Assembly (NCBI GenBank): GCA_038213805.1
Contig: JBBQSO010000089.1
Span: forward strand, 1-20,471
Origin: Planctomycetota bacterium
GTDB lineage: Bacteria > Planctomycetota > UBA11346
Direction: 5' to 3'
DNA: 20,471 nucleotides
The position numbers and the translations under genes were made by a program. Below the pieces are notes generated by a model. The model made no database searches and was not told where the DNA came from. It saw only the letters and a list, made by a program, of their open reading frames with translations. Shown piece by piece: positions 6,581 through 14,617 of this stretch (position 1 is the stretch's first letter; every line of letters starts with the position of its first letter).

Positions 6581-9500
6581 CTACTTCAGGTTCGCCCAGA
6601 ACACCGCCGTCGCGGTGCGCTGGTCAGCGCTCAGGTCGATCTCCTTGAGACCGCCCATGGCGCGCAGGACGTCGAGATTCTTCAATGGTGGTGCGTGCGG
6701 CAGGACCAGCTTCTCGAGCGGCAGGCCCTTGAGGCCAGCAAGGTCGTCGATCCGCGTGCCGCCGAGGTCGAGCTCGATGAGCGGCAGGCCCTTCAGGCCG
6801 GAGAGCTCGGTGAGTGGCGTGCCGGCCAGGGCGAGGATCTTCAGGTGCATGCCGGCGAGCGGACCAAGGTCGCGGATCGCGGTGCGGTTGATGGCGAGGC
6901 GCTCCAGCGGCATGCCGGCGAGCGCGGCGAGGTGGCCGACACGCGTACCCGAGAGATCAAGCTCGTTGATCGAGGCGCCGATCAGCGGGCTGAGGTCCGC
7001 GACCGGCGCGCCATCAAGGATGAGGCGGCCCAACGGCATGCGCTGCAGCGGACTGAGATCGAAGACCTTGGTGCGCGACAGGCGCAGCGAGGTCAGCGGC
7101 ATGCCCTTGAGCGGGGCGAGGTCGCTGATCGGCACGTCGTCCAGGATCAGCTCGGTGAACTTGAAGCTGCGCAGCCCGGCCAGGTCGGCGAGCTGCAGGC
7201 CGCTGGCGTCGAGCACGGTCAGCGGCATGCGCTTGAGCGGGCCGAGGTCGGTGATCCTGGTGCCGGCGAGGCTGAGCCTTGCCAGGCTGGCGCTGGCCAG
7301 CGGCTGGATGGTGGTCACCTGGGTGTGTGCGCAGTCCAGGCTGGTCAGCGGCATGCCGCGCAGCGGACCCAGGTCCGACACCTGCGTACCCGCGAGGTCC
7401 AGGACCGAAATGTTCATCCCGGCGAGGGGGGTGAGATCGCGCACCCTGGTGCCGGACAGGTCGAGGCTGGTCAGGTGCATGCCGGCGAGCGGACCGAGGT
7501 CGGTGACCGCGGTGCCGGAGATGTCGAGGCGGCTGAGCGGGATGTCTTTGAGCGGAGCGAGGCTGGTGATGCCGCTGCCGCTGAGGACCAGGGTGCACGA
7601 ACCGTCCGCCTCGGCGTGCAGGCCCGCGCCGGCGCCGGGCCAGGCTGCATCGAGGGTGGCGATGTAGACCTTCATGAGGTCGCTGCGCGAACTCAGCAGG
7701 GCCTTGGCGATCGAGAATTCCTGGTGCCGGGAGTAGGTCTGCGCAAAGGTCGCGGTGGTCTCGGTGTTGGGCGTGGCGAACTGCAGGCAGAGCAGCTGCA
7801 GGTCCTTGGCTAGCGAGACGTGCTGCTGGCGCTGCGCGTCCGCGCTGCCGGGCAGCGCCAGGTAGCGTTCCAGGTCCTGGCCCGCGCCGGTGTAGTCGTG
7901 GTCGCAGATGCGCACGTGGGCGCGCACCAGGTAAGCCTCGGCTAAAGCAGGATCCTGAACCAGAGCCTCGCCCACGTGGCGCTTGGCGTACTCGATGTTG
8001 GCGTCCTCGAGGCTGTGCCGCGCCATGTCCAGCCACGCCGGCGCGGAGTCGCGGCCGACCTTCAGGCGGGCTTCGTTGGCTTCGACCAGGCGCTGGTTGC
8101 TGTCCTCGGCGCGGCGGCGCTCGCGCAGGTTGATAGCGTAGCTGAATGCGCCCACCACGATCAGCGCCACCGTAGCCAGGGCGAACACCGCGGTCGCGGC
8201 GCGGTTGCGGCGCGCCAGCTTGTGGATGGCCTCGACGACGGTGTCCTCCTTGGCGCTGACGGCGTGGCCCTGAATGTAGAGCTCGACGTCCTCGCGCAGC
8301 GCCTTGGCGGACTGGTAGCGCAGCTTGGGGTCGGTGGCCATCGCCTTCATGGTGATGGCCGAGAGCTCTTTAGGGACGTAGCGCTTGCCGATCGCCGCAC
8401 GTTCGGGCGGCTTGAGCTGGCCGGCACGCACCTTGCGCAGGATCTCTTCGACGTTCTTGCCCTTGACCGGCTGATTGAGCGACAGCACTTCGTAGAGGAT
8501 CGCGCCGAGCGAGTAGACGTCGCTGCGCGCGTCGATGCTGGCGATGTTGCCGCGCGCCTGCTCTGGCGACATATACACCGGCGTGCCGGCGATCACGCCC
8601 TCGATGGTGCGTTCGAACTCGGAGTCGTGGCGGAAGCTCGAGATGGTTTGTTCGACGTCGGCGGCATCGGGCTCCTCGCCAGGGTCGACCGCCCCGGCGT
8701 CACCGCTCCCCGCGCGCACCCCCAGACCGACGCCGACCTTGGCCAGGCCCCAGTCCATGACCAGGACCTCGCCATAATCGCCGAGCATGATGTTGGCCGG
8801 CTTGAGGTCGCGGTGGACCACGCCGTGTGCGTGCGAGAAGGCCACCGCGTTGCACACCGCGAGGAAGTCCTGCAGCAGGTGCGCCAGCGAATAGCTGCGG
8901 TCGCTGGCGAGCGCCGGATCGGCGCGCAGGTCGTCGAGCACCTCGCCCAGGCTGCGCCCCTTCACCAGCTTCATGGTGAAGTACATGCGCCCCTGCGCGT
9001 CGGTGCCGAGTTCGTGGATGGGCACGATGTTGGGATGCTCAAGCTGACCGGTGACCTGGGCCTCTTCGACGAAGCGCGCGCGCTGCACGGCGTTGCCACC
9101 GCGCTTCATCACCTTCATCGCGACGTCGCGGCGCAGGGCGCGGTCGCTGGCGCGCAGGATGATGCCCATGCCGCCGCTGGCGATCTCATGGGCGTCCGCG
9201 TATTTACCCGGGCCCTCGGCGATGCGCAGGATGGCGTCGACGGTCTGCGGCACCACGCCGGTGTCGTCGTGCTGGTCGCGGCTCGACGGCTGCCGGGCGA
9301 GCGGCTCCGGATCCGGCTGCTCCTCAAGCGGCCGCGGCGCGCCGCCGTGGTTGGTCTCGATGGTCGCCGCCAGGGCGTTGACCTCCTGCTTGGGCGCGGC
9401 GCGCGCCTCCAGGACGGTGGCCTGGGCGCTGAACGGCTTGCCCAGCGGCGTCGGCTCCTCGAGCGGTGGCAGGGTGCCGGGCGCGAAGATCGCTCCGCAG

Positions 9501-9754
9501 GCCGCGCAGCGGATGCGTGTGCCGATGATCAGCCCGGCCGTGCGATGGCGCGCTTTGCAGGCCGGGCAGCGCGAGACCTCGGGCATGCCGGCGACCGCGC
9601 GCGGTGAGGTGGCCGGCCTGACCGGCTGGGCAGCGACCGCAGCCGGAACGGGCGCGACCGCCTTGGCCGGGGTCACCGGCCTGGGCGGGACCGCGGCCTT
9701 GGCGGCGGGGGCGCGCCTGGACGCAGAAGACGGAGGCCGCTTGGAGTCGGGCAA
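6581..9754 (-). CDS. Receptor-like Ser/Thr kinase: Zn-ribbon, kinase, TM, TPR-like helices, about 15 leucine-rich repeats (about 1057 aa)
   Basis: Likely TTG start at 9754, 6 nt after CAGGAG. CPAC...CAAC zinc ribbon. Kinase motifs ASGGMG, VAMK, HRDLKPAN, DWG, GTPVYMSPEQ, DVYSLG. TM segment AATAVFALATVALIVVGAFSYAI at about 8132-8200. C-terminal LxxLDLSGTxVxDLxPLxGMP repeats. Confidence 0.93.
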   Translation of the reverse strand: MPDSKRPPSSASRRAPAAKAAVPPRPVTPAKAVAPVPAAVAAQPVRPATSPRAVAGMPEVSRCPACKARHRTAGLIIGTRIRCAACGAIFAPGTLPPLEEPTPLGKPFSAQATVLEARAAPKQEVNALAATIETNHGGAPRPLEEQPDPEPLARQPSSRDQHDDTGVVPQTVDAILRIAEGPGKYADAHEIASGGMGIILRASDRALRRDVAMKVMKRGGNAVQRARFVEEAQVTGQLEHPNIVPIHELGTDAQGRMYFTMKLVKGRSLGEVLDDLRADPALASDRSYSLAHLLQDFLAVCNAVAFSHAHGVVHRDLKPANIMLGDYGEVLVMDWGLAKVGVGLGVRAGSGDAGAVDPGEEPDAADVEQTISSFRHDSEFERTIEGVIAGTPVYMSPEQARGNIASIDARSDVYSLGAILYEVLSLNQPVKGKNVEEILRKVRAGQLKPPERAAIGKRYVPKELSAITMKAMATDPKLRYQSAKALREDVELYIQGHAVSAKEDTVVEAIHKLARRNRAATAVFALATVALIVVGAFSYAINLRERRRAEDSNQRLVEANEARLKVGRDSAPAWLDMARHSLEDANIEYAKRHVGEALVQDPALAEAYLVRAHVRICDHDYTGAGQDLERYLALPGSADAQRQQHVSLAKDLQLLCLQFATPNTETTATFAQTYSRHQEFSIAKALLSSRSDLMKVYIATLDAAWPGAGAGLHAEADGSCTLVLSGSGITSLAPLKDIPLSRLDISGTAVTDLGPLAGMHLTSLDLSGTRVRDLTPLAGMNISVLDLAGTQVSDLGPLRGMPLTSLDCAHTQVTTIQPLASASLARLSLAGTRITDLGPLKRMPLTVLDASGLQLADLAGLRSFKFTELILDDVPISDLAPLKGMPLTSLRLSRTKVFDLSPLQRMPLGRLILDGAPVADLSPLIGASINELDLSGTRVGHLAALAGMPLERLAINRTAIRDLGPLAGMHLKILALAGTPLTELSGLKGLPLIELDLGGTRIDDLAGLKGLPLEKLVLPHAPPLKNLDVLRAMGGLKEIDLSADQRTATAVFWANLK
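6630..7597 (-). repeat. Coding tandem repeat: about 15 copies of a 21-aa (63-nt) LRR
   Basis: Units such as LSRLDISGTAVTDLGPLAGMH / LTSLDLSGTRVRDLTPLAGMN / ISVLDLAGTQVSDLGPLRGMP, counted by eye. Confidence 0.92.
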
Positions 9755-9910
9755 CGGATGCTCCTGCCGGTCCGCGATGGGCCCGGCCGGGGGTAGTGTT
9801 CCTCCGCGCGGGCGGGGGAGCAAGTGGCTGGGTGGTGTGTGGGTCGGGGTGGTGGAGGGTAGAGCGGCTGGTGCAGGGGGGTCGGGGTCGGTGGCGGATC
9901 GCCTGCCGCA

Positions 9911-10135
9911 CTAGTCCCCAGCCGCCTCTGCCCGGACCGCGGCGATGTCCACCGCCCCGGCCGTCCCGCGTGGGACGATCTGCCCATCGGCGGCGATCTG
10001 GAAGAGGCCGGGCTTGAAATTGGCCACCCACACCGGCGCCAACTCGGCGGTCAGGCTGTGGGGCTTGCCGCCCTTGTGCCAGCGCACTTCGCGGCCGTCG
10101 GTGGTGGTGATGACGATGGCTTGGCGCGGTTCCAT
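9911..10135 (-). CDS. Small hypothetical protein (74 aa)
   Basis: MEPRQAIVITTTDGREVRWHKGGKPHSLTAELAPVWVANFKPGLFQI... Protein-like composition; fills the gap between the kinase and the AKR. It is the 3' end of track ORF 9911..10903, whose remainder is antisense to the AKR. Confidence 0.65.
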   Translation of the reverse strand: MEPRQAIVITTTDGREVRWHKGGKPHSLTAELAPVWVANFKPGLFQIAADGQIVPRGTAGAVDIAAVRAEAAGD

Positions 10136-10276
10136 GCCCGTGATGGTCGCCAGCGCCGCGCGCCGCGCCAGCGGTTGCGCTGGGCAGCTGCGCCGGGATT
10201 CTCTGCTGGCGCTTGGCCTTCGTGGTTGAGTCCCTTCGCCCTTGCGCTCTCCGCTCCCCACTTTCCTGGGATCCCC

Positions 10277-11260
10277 ATGACCTTCGCCCCCGACCGCTAT
10301 GCCCGCATGCCCTACCGCCGCTGCGGACGTTCCGGCCTGCAGCTGCCGGCGGTCAGCCTGGGCGGCTGGCACGCCATCGGCGGCTACCGCGACGACCAGG
10401 CCTCCCGGCGCATCTTCTTCGCCGCTTTCGACCTCGGCATCACCCACTTCGACTTCGCCAACAACTACGGCCGGCAGCCCGGGGAGAGCGAGGCGCTGTT
10501 CGGCCGCATCCTCAAGGACATGCCGCGGCACGAACTGGTGATCAGCAGCAAGGCCGGCTACCGTATGTGGCCCGGCCCGTACGGCGACCTTGGCAGCCGA
10601 AAATATCTGATCGAATCGTGCGAGCAGTCGCTGACGCGCCTGGGCGTCGATCACGTCGACATCTTCTATTCGCACCGCTTCGACCCCGACACCCCACTGG
10701 AGGAGACCATCGGCGCCCTCGACACCCTGGTGCGCCAGGGCAAGGCGCTCTACGCCGGGCTGTCCAACTACGACGACCCGCACTTCAGCGCGGCTGTCCA
10801 GGTCACGCGCAACCGCAACTGGGCGCCGATCACCATCCACCAGCCGCGCTACAACTTGATCGACCGCAAGCCCGAGACCACCGTGCTGCCCACCGCCGGC
10901 CACGAGGGCATCGGCACCATCGTGTTCTCGCCACTCGCCCAGGGCGTGCTCGCGGGCCGCTACCTCGACGGCATCCCCGCCGGCTCGCGCGCCGCGGCCG
11001 CGCCCGGCAACGGCGCCATTTCCGAGGGCGCGGTCACCCCCGCGATCATCGAGAAGTCGCGCCGTCTGAACGCCATCGCCCAGCGCCGCGGCCAGACCCT
11101 CGCGCAGATGTCGCTGGCGTGGCTGCTCAAGGACCCACGCGTCACCTCGGTGCTGATCGGGGCGAGCGCGCCGGAGCAGCTCGCGGAGAACGTGAAGTGT
11201 CTGGACAAGCCGTCGTTCACGGCAGAGGAGCTGGTGGAGATCGACGCGGCGTGCGCGTGA
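10277..11260 (+). CDS. Aldo/keto reductase, YghZ/Gpr (L-glyceraldehyde-3-phosphate reductase)-like (327 aa)
   Basis: Motifs MPYRRCGRSGLQLPAVSLG, AFDLGITHFDFANNYG, ISSKAGYRMWPGPYG..GSRKYL, DIFYSHRFDPDTPLEET, GKALYAGLSNY, IHQPRY, FSPLAQG, RGQTLAQM, VTSVLIGAS. Confidence 0.93.
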   Translation: MTFAPDRYARMPYRRCGRSGLQLPAVSLGGWHAIGGYRDDQASRRIFFAAFDLGITHFDFANNYGRQPGESEALFGRILKDMPRHELVISSKAGYRMWPGPYGDLGSRKYLIESCEQSLTRLGVDHVDIFYSHRFDPDTPLEETIGALDTLVRQGKALYAGLSNYDDPHFSAAVQVTRNRNWAPITIHQPRYNLIDRKPETTVLPTAGHEGIGTIVFSPLAQGVLAGRYLDGIPAGSRAAAAPGNGAISEGAVTPAIIEKSRRLNAIAQRRGQTLAQMSLAWLLKDPRVTSVLIGASAPEQLAENVKCLDKPSFTAEELVEIDAACA

Positions 11261-11276
11261 AGCCCGGAGCTGCTGA

Positions 11277-11313
11277 GCGCGCCGCCCGCACGGACCCCCG
11301 GTGGGCGGTGCGC
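11277..11313. terminator. GC-rich hairpin between the convergent AKR and HDOD genes; possible terminator or 3' stabiliser
   Basis: gcgcgccgccc (11277-11287) pairs with gggcggtgcgc (11303-11313) with one G-U pair. No U-tract. Confidence 0.35.
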
Positions 11314-11326
11314 AGCTGGCAGGTCG

Positions 11327-12178
11327 TTAGCTCCGCGACAACGCGCCCTCATACAACTCCAGCTCGTCCATCTCCTCAAAGAACAGATCGATCACCAATT
11401 CGAGGTCGGCTGAGAACAGGTTCAGCACCTTCAGCGCATCCTCCGCGATGGGATCCACGAAGCGGTCGCGCCCCGCGGTGAAGCCCAGCGCGCGCACCAG
11501 CGTGCGCGCCACGTGCACCAGGCACACCAGCTCGGTGTAGGCCTCGGCGCGCATCGGACTGTTGTAGTAGCGGATGCAGGTGGCGATCGGCATGGGCAGA
11601 TGCCAGGCCTTCGCGAGCAGGGCGCCCAGGTCGCAGGTGTCCGCGCCAAGGCCCTTGCGCAGCACGCGCGAGAGCGGGCCTTCGACGTCGTTGCGGTCGA
11701 GGGCGGCGGCGTAGTCGGCGTCGAAGTGCAGGATGGCGACGATGGTGCCGAGGTCGTGGAGCAGGCCGGCGGTGTGCGCGGTCTCCTCGTCGACCTTGGC
11801 GGCGAGGTGCGGCGCGCAGTGGTTGGCGAGGATGCGCGTCATGGTCGCGGTGGCGTTGGCCAGGCCCCAGCAGGCGGCGGCCTCCTTGCGGCGCGCCTCA
11901 GGGATGGGGCGGGTCGCGCGGGTCAGGCCGCGCACCGCGGCGAGGCCGACCTGGGCGACGGCGGCGCTGATGTTGGTGATGTCGCCGTGGGCGACGGCGT
12001 TGGCGTTGCCCAGCACCAGGGCGCTCAGCATCGGGTCGGAGGCGATCACCGCGGCGATCACCTGGTTGGGCGCCTCGCCCGAGCCGATGAGCTGGTCGAT
12101 TTTTTCGATGGAGCGCGGGAAACTCATGCCGCCGACCGTGGTCAGGCGCGCGGCGATGGTGGGCAGGGGCAGGGTCAC
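11327..12178 (-). CDS. HDOD domain signal-transduction protein (283 aa)
   Basis: HDOD pattern: P-x-x-I..I, IASDPMLSALVLGNAN, ITNISAAVAQVG, AHTAGLLHDLG, LGALLAKAWHLP. Confidence 0.88.
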   Translation of the reverse strand: MTLPLPTIAARLTTVGGMSFPRSIEKIDQLIGSGEAPNQVIAAVIASDPMLSALVLGNANAVAHGDITNISAAVAQVGLAAVRGLTRATRPIPEARRKEAAACWGLANATATMTRILANHCAPHLAAKVDEETAHTAGLLHDLGTIVAILHFDADYAAALDRNDVEGPLSRVLRKGLGADTCDLGALLAKAWHLPMPIATCIRYYNSPMRAEAYTELVCLVHVARTLVRALGFTAGRDRFVDPIAEDALKVLNLFSADLELVIDLFFEEMDELELYEGALSRS

Positions 12179-12202
12179 GGACGGGTCCTGGGCATGGATG
12201 GG

Positions 12203-12517
12203 TCAGGTGCGCCGGGTCAGGGCGCGTTCGACAATCTTCTGCAGGTTGACCATGATCGGCTCGTGGCGCACCCGGCTGAAGCGCTCGGCGAGCTTGGTCA
12301 TGACCTCGATGTAGGCCTCGCGGGTCGGGGCCGGCAGGGGGTGGCCCTGGACATAGACCCGCTTGATGCCGCGCGCCATCAGGCGGCTGATGATGATCTC
12401 GGTCAGCGCGGTGCCGCGGGCGCAGAGCGGCACCTTGTTGAGCAGCGCGACGGTACGCGACAGCACCATGCCGGGAGCGGCCTGGGTGAGCAGGATGCGT
12501 TGTTCGTCGATAGGCAC
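12203..12517 (-). CDS. Small hypothetical protein (about 104 aa) resembling the PGMVL...GTxLT...IxRL...GI module often found N-terminal to HD-GYP/HDOD domains
   Basis: AAPGMVLSRTV...LCARGTALTEIIISRLMARGIKRVYVQG. Ends 24 nt before the HDOD start, so probably co-transcribed. GTG start at 12517 is inferred. Confidence 0.75.
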   Translation of the reverse strand: MPIDEQRILLTQAAPGMVLSRTVALLNKVPLCARGTALTEIIISRLMARGIKRVYVQGHPLPAPTREAYIEVMTKLAERFSRVRHEPIMVNLQKIVERALTRRT

Positions 12518-12530
12518 GATGGGGAAGTGT

Positions 12531-12547
12531 AGCAGGCAACGTGCCAA
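12531..12547 (-). promoter_or_regulatory. Sigma-54 (RpoN) -24/-12 promoter for the small-protein/HDOD operon
   Basis: Minus strand reads TTGGCACGTTGCCTGCT against consensus YTGGCACG-N4-TTGCW: one mismatch, exact GG-N10-GC spacing. Confidence 0.7.
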
Positions 12548-12687
12548 GGGTAAACGGGCGGTCTCGCCTAAGTACCGTGGTAGCGGTGATTCCCGTGGTC
12601 AGGTGGGGTGCCGTGGACGCTGCGTCCGGATCCTGGCCACTGTCTAGATATGGCGATGCGGCGATGGGCCTGCGCCGCGATGGCTGG

Positions 12688-12704
12688 TGGCTTGGTAAAA
12701 GCCA
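12688..12704. promoter_or_regulatory. Palindrome TGGCTT-N5-AAGCCA, candidate activator-binding site
   Basis: Perfect 6-bp inverted repeat with an AT-rich spacer, roughly midway between the two sigma-54-like motifs. Confidence 0.3.
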
Positions 12705-12820
12705 TTGCCGAACCCGGGAAAGCGAAGGTCGTCGCCAGAGATCCACCCCGTGCTGATGGGCGGCAACTCGCGCGGTGCGGCCACGCACCCGCGGCACCTG
12801 GTGAGGGGGCCGCTGAGCGA

Positions 12821-12835
12821 TGGCACGCCAGGCGC
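12821..12835 (+). promoter_or_regulatory. Possible sigma-54 promoter for fliOPQR
   Basis: TGGCACGCCAGGCGC: perfect -24 TGGCACG and GG-N10-GC spacing, but the -12 element is GCGC rather than TTGC. Lies about 65 nt upstream of fliO. Confidence 0.4.
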
Positions 12836-12900
12836 CCTGCATCAGTTCATGCGCCACCCCGCAGCGGGCGGTGTGGCGCCTTGCCGCGGACCTGTCGAGG

Positions 12901-13506
12901 ATGTCAACGATGCGCGTGCTGCTGATCCTGGTCGTGCTGGGTTGGGTTGTGCCACGGATGGATGCGGCAGAGGGCGCTGCGGCCTCTGCGGTTGTCCCGG
13001 CCCAGGCTCCGACCACCGGCCCGATCCCAGCCAAGCCGTTCCTCAGCGACGCTGAGTGGGGCAAGGCTTCGACCGGTCCGGCCAGCGGACCGGCGGGGTC
13101 CGGCGTCGCCGGCCAGGCGGCGGTCAGCATGATGATCTCGCTCGCCGCGGTGGTCGCGGTCGCCCTGCTCCTCGCGCTGGCGGTGAAGAAGCTCAAGGTG
13201 CGACGCCTGCTGCCCGGTCGCGGGCGCCACCTCCAGGTGATCGAGACCGTCCCGCTCGGATTCAAGCGCGCCGTCAGCCTGGTGCGCATCGGCGATCAGG
13301 TGCTGGTGCTCGGCCAGGGCGAGCACGAGGTCAGCCACCTCGCGACCCTGCCGGCGAGCGTGCTTGACGAATCGCCCCGCCCGGGACCGGTGCCGGGCAT
13401 GGCGGCGGCGCCCGCGCCCGCGCCGCTGCGCCCGGTCACGCCGCCGCCTGCAGGCGTCTCGGCGTTCCAGACGACGCTTGAGCGCGCGGTGGAGCGCCGT
13501 CCGTGA
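12901..13506 (+). CDS. fliO: Flagellar biosynthesis protein FliO/FliZ
   Basis: Signal-like N-terminus, TM segment (MMISLAAVVAVALLLALAV), then LQVIETVPLGFKRAVSLVRIGDQVLVLG, typical of FliO. Stop overlaps the fliP start (GTGA). Start at 12901 or 12910. Confidence 0.85.
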   Translation: MSTMRVLLILVVLGWVVPRMDAAEGAAASAVVPAQAPTTGPIPAKPFLSDAEWGKASTGPASGPAGSGVAGQAAVSMMISLAAVVAVALLLALAVKKLKVRRLLPGRGRHLQVIETVPLGFKRAVSLVRIGDQVLVLGQGEHEVSHLATLPASVLDESPRPGPVPGMAAAPAPAPLRPVTPPPAGVSAFQTTLERAVERRP

Positions 13507-14396
13507 AGATCTTCCGCGCGCTGCTCGCCAGCGTCCTGATCGTCGTGTTCGGCGCATCCGGCGCGCACGCGGCCGAGACCGCCAATCCTTTCGCCCTCGC
13601 CACCGTGCCGACCGCCGCGGCGGTGCCGGCGGCGGCCGCCGCCGGCATGCGTGCCGCCGCCGCCGTCCTGGATGCGCGCACCGCGCCCGGGCTGGTCGGC
13701 GCGCTGCCGCACATCGCGGTGGGCCCGAACGGGCTGACCATCGCCACCGGCGACGACAAGGATCCGCGCGGCATGAGCACCGCGGTCAGCATGCTGCTGA
13801 TCATCACCGTGCTCTCGATCGCGCCCGGTTTCCTGATGATGATGACCAGCTTCACGCGCGTGGTCATCGTGCTCGGCTTCCTGCGCCGCGCGCTCGGCAC
13901 CCAGACCCTGCCACCCAACCAGGTGATGGTCGGGCTCGCGCTGTTCCTCAGCTTGTTCATCATGGCGCCGACCATCAAGCGCATGAACGACGACGCCGTG
14001 CAGCCGTTCATGGCCCAGGCGATCACCCAGCAGGTGGCGATCGAGCGCGCCAAGGACGCGCTGCGCGACTTCATGGCCAAGCAGACACGCAAGAACGACC
14101 TGGCGCTATTTATCCGCCTGGCCGGCGAGACCCGCCCGCACAGCATCGCTGAGGTCTCATTCACCACGCTGGTGCCGGCCTTCGTCACCAGCGAACTGAA
14201 GACCGCCTTCCAGATGGGCTTCATCATCTTCCTGCCTTTCCTGGTCATCGACCTGGTGGTGAGCGCGGTGTTGATGGCGCTGGGCATGATGATGCTGCCC
14301 CCGGTGGTGGTGTCGCTGCCCTTCAAGATCCTGCTCTTCGTGCTGGTCGACGGCTGGACCCTGCTGATGCAGGGGCTGGTCGCGTCGTACTCGTGA
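13503..14396 (+). CDS. fliP: Flagellar type III export gate protein FliP
   Basis: MMTSFTRVVIVLGFLRRALGTQTLPPNQV, LVPAFVTSELKTAFQMGF, PFLVIDLVV, GMMMLPP, LPFKILLFVLVDGW. Confidence 0.97.
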   Translation: MKIFRALLASVLIVVFGASGAHAAETANPFALATVPTAAAVPAAAAAGMRAAAAVLDARTAPGLVGALPHIAVGPNGLTIATGDDKDPRGMSTAVSMLLIITVLSIAPGFLMMMTSFTRVVIVLGFLRRALGTQTLPPNQVMVGLALFLSLFIMAPTIKRMNDDAVQPFMAQAITQQVAIERAKDALRDFMAKQTRKNDLALFIRLAGETRPHSIAEVSFTTLVPAFVTSELKTAFQMGFIIFLPFLVIDLVVSAVLMALGMMMLPPVVVSLPFKILLFVLVDGWTLLMQGLVASYS

Positions 14397-14403
14397 ACGC
14401 GGG

Positions 14404-14617
14404 GTCCGGAAGTCCGGGAGTCCGGAAGGCTGGGAGTCGGACGGCCAAGGAATGCGAGGGTCAGAGTCCATGAACGAGTTCGAGGAGATGCGTGGAATGA
14501 GCGCGATGCAGCAACGGAGGGCCCGAGCGGCGGCTGGCCGTCGGTCTCCGACTTCCGGACTTCCGGACTTCCGGACTTTCGGACCGAGGCAATCCCTGCC
14601 GACTTCCGGACTGGACT
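14404..14617. repeat. Inverted octamer tandem-repeat cassette, (GTCCGGAA)n ... (TTCCGGAC)n, in the fliP-fliQ spacer
   Basis: Left arm 14404-14441: gtccggaa gtccggga gtccggaa ggctggga gtcgga. Right arm 14547-14584: tccgac ttccggac ttccggac ttccggac tttcggac. An extra partial copy lies at 14599-14617. Confidence 0.9.

Noticed and set aside
6498..9607. Repetitive plus-strand ORFs (6498..7667, 6695..7813, 7976..9607)
   Set aside because: Mirror images of the LRR kinase; their periodicity derives from the LRR codons.
12546..12590. Resemblance to a c-di-GMP-I (GEMM) riboswitch (aagggtaaac...gcctaag...ggtagcgg)
   Set aside because: It lacks the GNRA-capped P2 stem and the GCAAAG junction and is too short; it also abuts the sigma-54 motif. 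An Rfam covariance search would settle it.
14404..14617. Possible CRISPR array or IS terminal inverted repeats
   Set aside because: Units are 8 nt and contiguous with no spacers; no cas or transposase gene and no clear target-site duplication.
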